Part shown: one piece after another, positions 54,494-58,694 of the stretch
How the letters are laid out: each line of letters begins with the position of its first letter
Position numbering within the stretch: position 1 is the stretch's first letter
Source: Planctomycetota bacterium
GTDB lineage: Bacteria > Planctomycetota > PLA2 > JAEUHO01
Direction: 5' to 3'
Length of the DNA: 58,694 bases
Assembly (NCBI GenBank): GCA_030065025.1
Contig: JASJDY010000055.1
Coordinates: 1 to 58,694, forward strand
Notes under the pieces: model-generated
Told to the model about the DNA's origin: nothing
Databases searched by the model: none
What the model saw: only the letters and a program-made list of their open reading frames with translations
Made by a program: the position numbers and the translations under genes

Positions 54494-54534
54494 AAAAATG
54501 GAATAAGGCGCGCCCCGGTGAAGGGGCGCGCCTT
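54494..54534 (-). terminator. Intrinsic terminator
   Basis: 12-bp perfect stem AAGGCGCGCCCC/GGGGCGCGCCTT followed on the minus strand by ATTCCATTTTT. Confidence 0.75.
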
Positions 54535-54691
54535 GCAGAGACCGGTCCGGTGGGCGCGGGGCGCCGGGAGGGAGGGTAGGGAGGGAGGAGGGATGGCGCA
54601 CACGCGCACCCGTCCGGTCCGGTCCCGATCTGGTCAAAGAGCCGCGGAGTGGGGCTTCCTCCTTGCGAAGGGTGCCTCCCTCAGCGATGCA
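54494..54691 (-). ncRNA. Candidate sigma54-dependent sRNA with CU-rich loop
   Basis: Bounded by a sigma54 promoter and a terminator; hairpins; 29-nt CU loop; no credible ORF. Confidence 0.55.
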
Positions 54692-54701
54692 CCCAACGTA
54701 C

Positions 54702-54717
54702 AGCGAAATGCGTGCCA
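54702..54717 (-). promoter_or_regulatory. Sigma54 -24/-12 promoter
   Basis: TGGCAC-GCATT-TCGCT (GG-N10-GC). Confidence 0.75.
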
Positions 54718-55007
54718 CGTCGGGCCGACCAAGGCCCCGCATCAAATGGGCCTCTCCGGGGCATCGATGGGGCCTGGGTGCGAGAAAGTGCAACACCGGC
54801 TGTACTCATCGGGCGAATTCCGCACGCCGGTTTGACATTCCACAATCCGCGAGCGAGCCCGCACGGTGGGGTCTCGGGACCCCATTCCCGATCCCGGCGG
54901 GGTGTTCGCGTCAGGGGCTGGAGTCCGCCCTGCCTCATGCCGGACTCCGTATACTCGGGCCAGCCCCAGGAAGCGCGCGGCCCCCTGCCGCGCCCAGGGA
55001 GGCCGTC

Positions 55008-56612
55008 ATGCGGATATCCGTCCTCGCCCTCGTTGCAGCCGCTCTGCTCCTCGCGCCCGCCGGCACGGTGCGCGCCGAGGACGTGGCCGACGCCGACCGC
55101 CATACCGCCAAGGTGCGCCACCTGCTACGCCGCGCGACGTTCGGGCCGCGTCCCGGCGACGTCGAGGCGGTCAAGACGATCGGCATCGAGGCGTGGCTCG
55201 ACCGGCAGCTCGCGCCGCAGACGATCCCCGATCCGGAGGTCGAGAAGCGCCTCGAGGGCTATGCGACGCTCAAGCTGACGCCGGAGGAGTACGTCGCCCG
55301 ACTGCGCGGCGCGAGCATGAACCGCGACCAGGGTCCGCCCAAGAAGGGCGAGGATCGCTTTGCCAAGGCGCGCCGCACCCAGGCCGAGCTCAACCGCCTG
55401 CGCAACCAGGCCGCCCGCGAGGTGCCGCGCGCCATCCTCATGGAGGCCGTCTACAGCGAGCGTCAGCTCGAGCAGGTGATGGCCGAGTTCTGGCGGAACC
55501 ACTTCAACGTCGACATCACGAAGGACGACGTCCGCTACTACATCCCCGACTACGAGCGCGTCATCCAGCGGGGCATGTTCGGCAAGTTCGAAGACCTGCT
55601 GATGAGCACGGCCAAGCACCCGGCCATGCTCTTCTACCTCGACAACCACGTCTCGCAGGCGCCGATGGCGCGCGCCGAGAGGGTGGCCCAGGGGCGCGAG
55701 GACGAGAGCCGCACGGGTGGCCTCAACGAGAACTACGCGCGCGAGCTGATGGAGCTGCACACGGTCGGTGCCGACAACGGCTACGACCAGGACGACGTCA
55801 TCCAGCTCTCGCTCGTGCTCACAGGCTGGTCGATCCAGAACGGCAAGTTCCACTTCCGCGAGAACTACCACGCTCGCGGCCGCAAGCGCGTCATGCGCAA
55901 GACCTTCAAGCCCGCCGGGGTCGAGGAGGGCGAGGCCGTCGTCCGCTTCCTCGCGCGCCACAAGCTCACGCGACAGTACGTCGTCGGCAAGATGGCGCGC
56001 TACCTCCAGGCCGACGAGCCGAGCGAGAAGCTCATCGCCGACGTGTGCAAGGTCTGGGCGAAGACCAAGGGCGACCTCCGGGCCGTCACGAAGGCGATCC
56101 TCATGCACGACGACTTCTACGCGAAGTCGAGCGTGCTCACGAAGGCGAAGACCCCCTTCGAGTACGTCGTGAGCGCCATGCGCGTCACCGGTGCCGACGT
56201 CCGGGATATGGGCGGCGTCATGCAGCGCCTGGGCGACATGGGTCAGCCCGTGCTGCGCCAGGAGGACCCGACCGGCTACAGCGACGCCGCCGTCGACTGG
56301 ATGGACACGGGCGTCCTCGCCGTGCGCTGGCAGTTCGCCTTCGACCTGCTGAACAACCGCATCCCCGGCGTGAAGGTCGACGGGAGCCCGCTCTTCGAGC
56401 ACCTGCGGCAGAAGCCGGAGGTGTGGGAGTACCTGATGCAGGACGCGCTCTTCGCGGGCGAGCGTCCCGGCTCCCTGACCATGGCGCCCTTCCGGCGCCG
56501 CGTGAACGACGTCCGTCGCAACTACCGCAAGATGCGCATCGCGGAGCTGCGCAAGGAATACAGCATCCTGGCCACGCTGCTGCTCGGCTCGCCCGAGTTC
56601 CAGCGCCAGTAG
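55008..56612 (+). CDS. DUF1800 family protein
   Basis: HLLRRATFG, FWRNHF, PAMLFYLDN, NENYARELMELHTVG, LTGW, KTPFE, SPEFQ; GGAGG RBS. Confidence 0.93.
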   Translation: MRISVLALVAAALLLAPAGTVRAEDVADADRHTAKVRHLLRRATFGPRPGDVEAVKTIGIEAWLDRQLAPQTIPDPEVEKRLEGYATLKLTPEEYVARLRGASMNRDQGPPKKGEDRFAKARRTQAELNRLRNQAAREVPRAILMEAVYSERQLEQVMAEFWRNHFNVDITKDDVRYYIPDYERVIQRGMFGKFEDLLMSTAKHPAMLFYLDNHVSQAPMARAERVAQGREDESRTGGLNENYARELMELHTVGADNGYDQDDVIQLSLVLTGWSIQNGKFHFRENYHARGRKRVMRKTFKPAGVEEGEAVVRFLARHKLTRQYVVGKMARYLQADEPSEKLIADVCKVWAKTKGDLRAVTKAILMHDDFYAKSSVLTKAKTPFEYVVSAMRVTGADVRDMGGVMQRLGDMGQPVLRQEDPTGYSDAAVDWMDTGVLAVRWQFAFDLLNNRIPGVKVDGSPLFEHLRQKPEVWEYLMQDALFAGERPGSLTMAPFRRRVNDVRRNYRKMRIAELRKEYSILATLLLGSPEFQRQ

Positions 56613-56634
56613 CGCCTCACCCCAAGGAGACGCC

Positions 56635-57933
56635 ATGTCCAACACCCGTCGTGAAGTCCTGGCAGCCGGCGCCGCCGGCCTTGCCGGCCTGACCGCCTAC
56701 GGCTCGCTCGCGAAGCACGCGCACGCCGCTCCCGAGAAGGAGATCGCAGTCCGCCCCGCGGTCGTCGTGATCTACCTGCGCGGTGGGCAGGACGCGCTCA
56801 ACGCGCTCGTGCCGTACACCGAGGGCCGCTACTACGACATGCGCCCGAACATCGCGGTGCCGACGCCCGACAAGGAGAACGGCTGCATCGATCTCGACGG
56901 CACGTTCGGCCTGCATCCTGCGCTCACCGGCTTCAAGACGCTGTGGGACAAGAAGCTGCTCGCGCCGATCGTGAACGCCGGCGTGAACTCGCCTTCGCGC
57001 AGCCACTTCCAGATGCAGGACTTCATGGAGCAGGGGCGCATGCGCAACTCGCCCGTCCGCTCCGGGTGGCTCAACCGCTATCTCACGGCGACGTCCGCCG
57101 GCGAGCACGAGGCGGACTTCCGTGCGCTGGCGCTGCAGAGCCGCCTGCCGCGCTCGATGCGCGGCAAGTTCCCGGCGCTGGCCGTGGCGCCGAGCCGCGC
57201 GCGCGGCCGCACGCGCGACAAGGACAGCGACGTGCTCGAGCTGTTCGACAAGCTCTACAAGAAGCCGCCCTCCATGGAGGGCGCGGGCATGAAGTCCGAG
57301 CGTCCCGACGCCGACGAGCTCACCCAGAACGGTCGCGCGACGATCGACGCGCTCCGGAAGCTCGAGGAGATCCTGACGCAGAAGCCCGCCGGCAAGGAGG
57401 TCCGCTACCCCGCCACGGCCGGCGGCATGGGCCGCCAGCTGAAGATGGCTGCGCGCCTGCTGAAGTCCGGCCAGGGCGTCCAGGCCATCGCCATCGACCG
57501 CAACGGCTGGGACCACCACATCAACCAAGGCAGTGTCAACGAGCAGGACATCTTCTATCGGATGCTGCGCGAGGTCGGCACGGCCGTCTCGACCTTCTAC
57601 GAAGACATCCAGTTCATGAAGAACATGGTCACCACGGTGATCATGACCGAGTTCGGCCGCACGAACCGTGAGAACGGCAACAACGGCACCGACCACGGCC
57701 ACGGCGGCCTGATGTGGTTGGTCGGCGGCAAGGTCAACGGCGGCAAGGTGTACGGCGACTGGACCGGCCTGGCCCCGGGGCAGACCTACCAGAACCGCGA
57801 CCTGCTCGTCACGACCGACTGGCGCGACGTGCTGAGCGAGGTCCTGTACGACCACCTGCGGCTGCACCCGTCGAAGCAGGTCTTCGGCAAGTTCACCCCG
57901 CGAGAGCAAAAGCTCGGGTTGTTCAAGACCTAG
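56635..57933 (+). CDS. DUF1501 family protein with Tat signal
   Basis: TRREVL Tat motif; LRGGQDALN, GLHPAL, RSHF, GWDHH, TEFGR..ENGNNGTDHG. Confidence 0.93.
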   Translation: MSNTRREVLAAGAAGLAGLTAYGSLAKHAHAAPEKEIAVRPAVVVIYLRGGQDALNALVPYTEGRYYDMRPNIAVPTPDKENGCIDLDGTFGLHPALTGFKTLWDKKLLAPIVNAGVNSPSRSHFQMQDFMEQGRMRNSPVRSGWLNRYLTATSAGEHEADFRALALQSRLPRSMRGKFPALAVAPSRARGRTRDKDSDVLELFDKLYKKPPSMEGAGMKSERPDADELTQNGRATIDALRKLEEILTQKPAGKEVRYPATAGGMGRQLKMAARLLKSGQGVQAIAIDRNGWDHHINQGSVNEQDIFYRMLREVGTAVSTFYEDIQFMKNMVTTVIMTEFGRTNRENGNNGTDHGHGGLMWLVGGKVNGGKVYGDWTGLAPGQTYQNRDLLVTTDWRDVLSEVLYDHLRLHPSKQVFGKFTPREQKLGLFKT

Positions 57934-58021
57934 GTCTTGTACAACCTGATTGCCTCTTCGCCTGAGGCCGACGGGTCGTGATCCGCGAGGATCACGGCCC
58001 GTTCTTATGTGAGGGGTCGCC

Positions 58022-58627
58022 TCAGTCCGAGAGATCCACCTTCGGAGCCTCGCGCTGCGAGCTGTCTTCGATCTCGAAGAACTCCTTCTTCTGGAAGCCG
58101 TACATCGACGCCAGGAGGTTGCTCGGGAAGGTCTCGATGCGGTTCGCGAGGTCGCGCACGTTGGCGTTGTAGAAGCGTCGCGCGCGCTGGATGCGGTTCT
58201 CCGTCGTCGTCAGCTCCTCCTGGAGCGACAGGAAGCTGCGGTTCGCCTTGAGGTCGGGGTAGCCCTCGACGACAGCGAAGAGCTGGCGCAGGCCGCCGAC
58301 GAGGTTGTTCTCGTCGCGCGCCTGGTCCTCGGGCGTGCCCTCGTTGGACGCGGCCCGGTTGCGCGCCTCGATGACGCGCTCGAACGTATCGCGCTCGTGC
58401 TCCGCGTAGCCCTTGACCGTCTTCACGAGGTTGGGGATCAGGTCGTAGCGGCGCTTGAGCTCCGTCTCGACGCCCGACCACGACTCGTCGCAGTGGTTGC
58501 GCGTGCGGACGAGGCCGTTGTAGATGCCGATCGCCCAGAGCAGGAAGAGGACGACGGCGCCGATGCCGACGTAGAGACCGATGGGGGCTTGGGCGAGAAC
58601 GGGAGCGGCGAGCGAGGTCAGGGCCAT
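58022..58627 (-). CDS. lemA: LemA family protein
   Basis: YNGLV, LKRRYDLIPNLV, EGYPDLKAN, ENRI..ARRFYN, FPSNLLA. Confidence 0.95.
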   Translation of the reverse strand: MALTSLAAPVLAQAPIGLYVGIGAVVLFLLWAIGIYNGLVRTRNHCDESWSGVETELKRRYDLIPNLVKTVKGYAEHERDTFERVIEARNRAASNEGTPEDQARDENNLVGGLRQLFAVVEGYPDLKANRSFLSLQEELTTTENRIQRARRFYNANVRDLANRIETFPSNLLASMYGFQKKEFFEIEDSSQREAPKVDLSD

Positions 58628-58694
58628 GGGGGGGATGATACCCCCTGACGTGGGGCGGGCCGGGCCCGGGGGGGGGGGCGCCCCGGCCCCCCCC

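Noticed and set aside
58655-58694. G/C homopolymer-rich palindrome at the window end
   Set aside because: Low complexity at the edge; may be an assembly artefact or a truncated repeat

Overview
High-GC bacterial chromosomal window, probably Planctomycetota or a related PVC lineage. This is inferred from the DUF1800/DUF1501 pair, the ECF-Ser/Thr kinase pair and a prepilin with an H-X9-[DN]G tail. The left half is mostly housekeeping (truA, rpoN, recR, dnaX, dnaE, metK, waaA, secA, pyrD, lspA, dksA-like, xerD, transaldolase) with unknown secreted proteins and lipoproteins interspersed. The right half has three accessory modules. (1) A sigma54/kinase module: DsrE, FHA-GAF-AAA activator, membrane Ser/Thr kinase, PspA-like coiled coil, membrane protein and a secretin N-domain-only protein. 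(2) An ECF sigma / kinase-WD40 / PEP-CTERM / TPR-CHAT block. (3) A 2-aminoethylphosphonate biosynthesis operon whose PEP mutase has a non-canonical active-site loop (EDNVFPKRCS). Non-coding signals outside the ORF track include a candidate ~200-nt sigma54-dependent sRNA with an anti-Shine-Dalgarno-like CU loop next to the phosphonate operon and several sigma54 promoters. There is also a 3 x 65-bp degenerate tandem array, GTAG-type REPs that supply stop codons, several families of hexamer-periodic palindromes, and frequent leaderless-gene promoter signatures. No rRNA, tRNA, CRISPR array or transposase was recognised. All calls come from reading motifs by eye; no searches were run.
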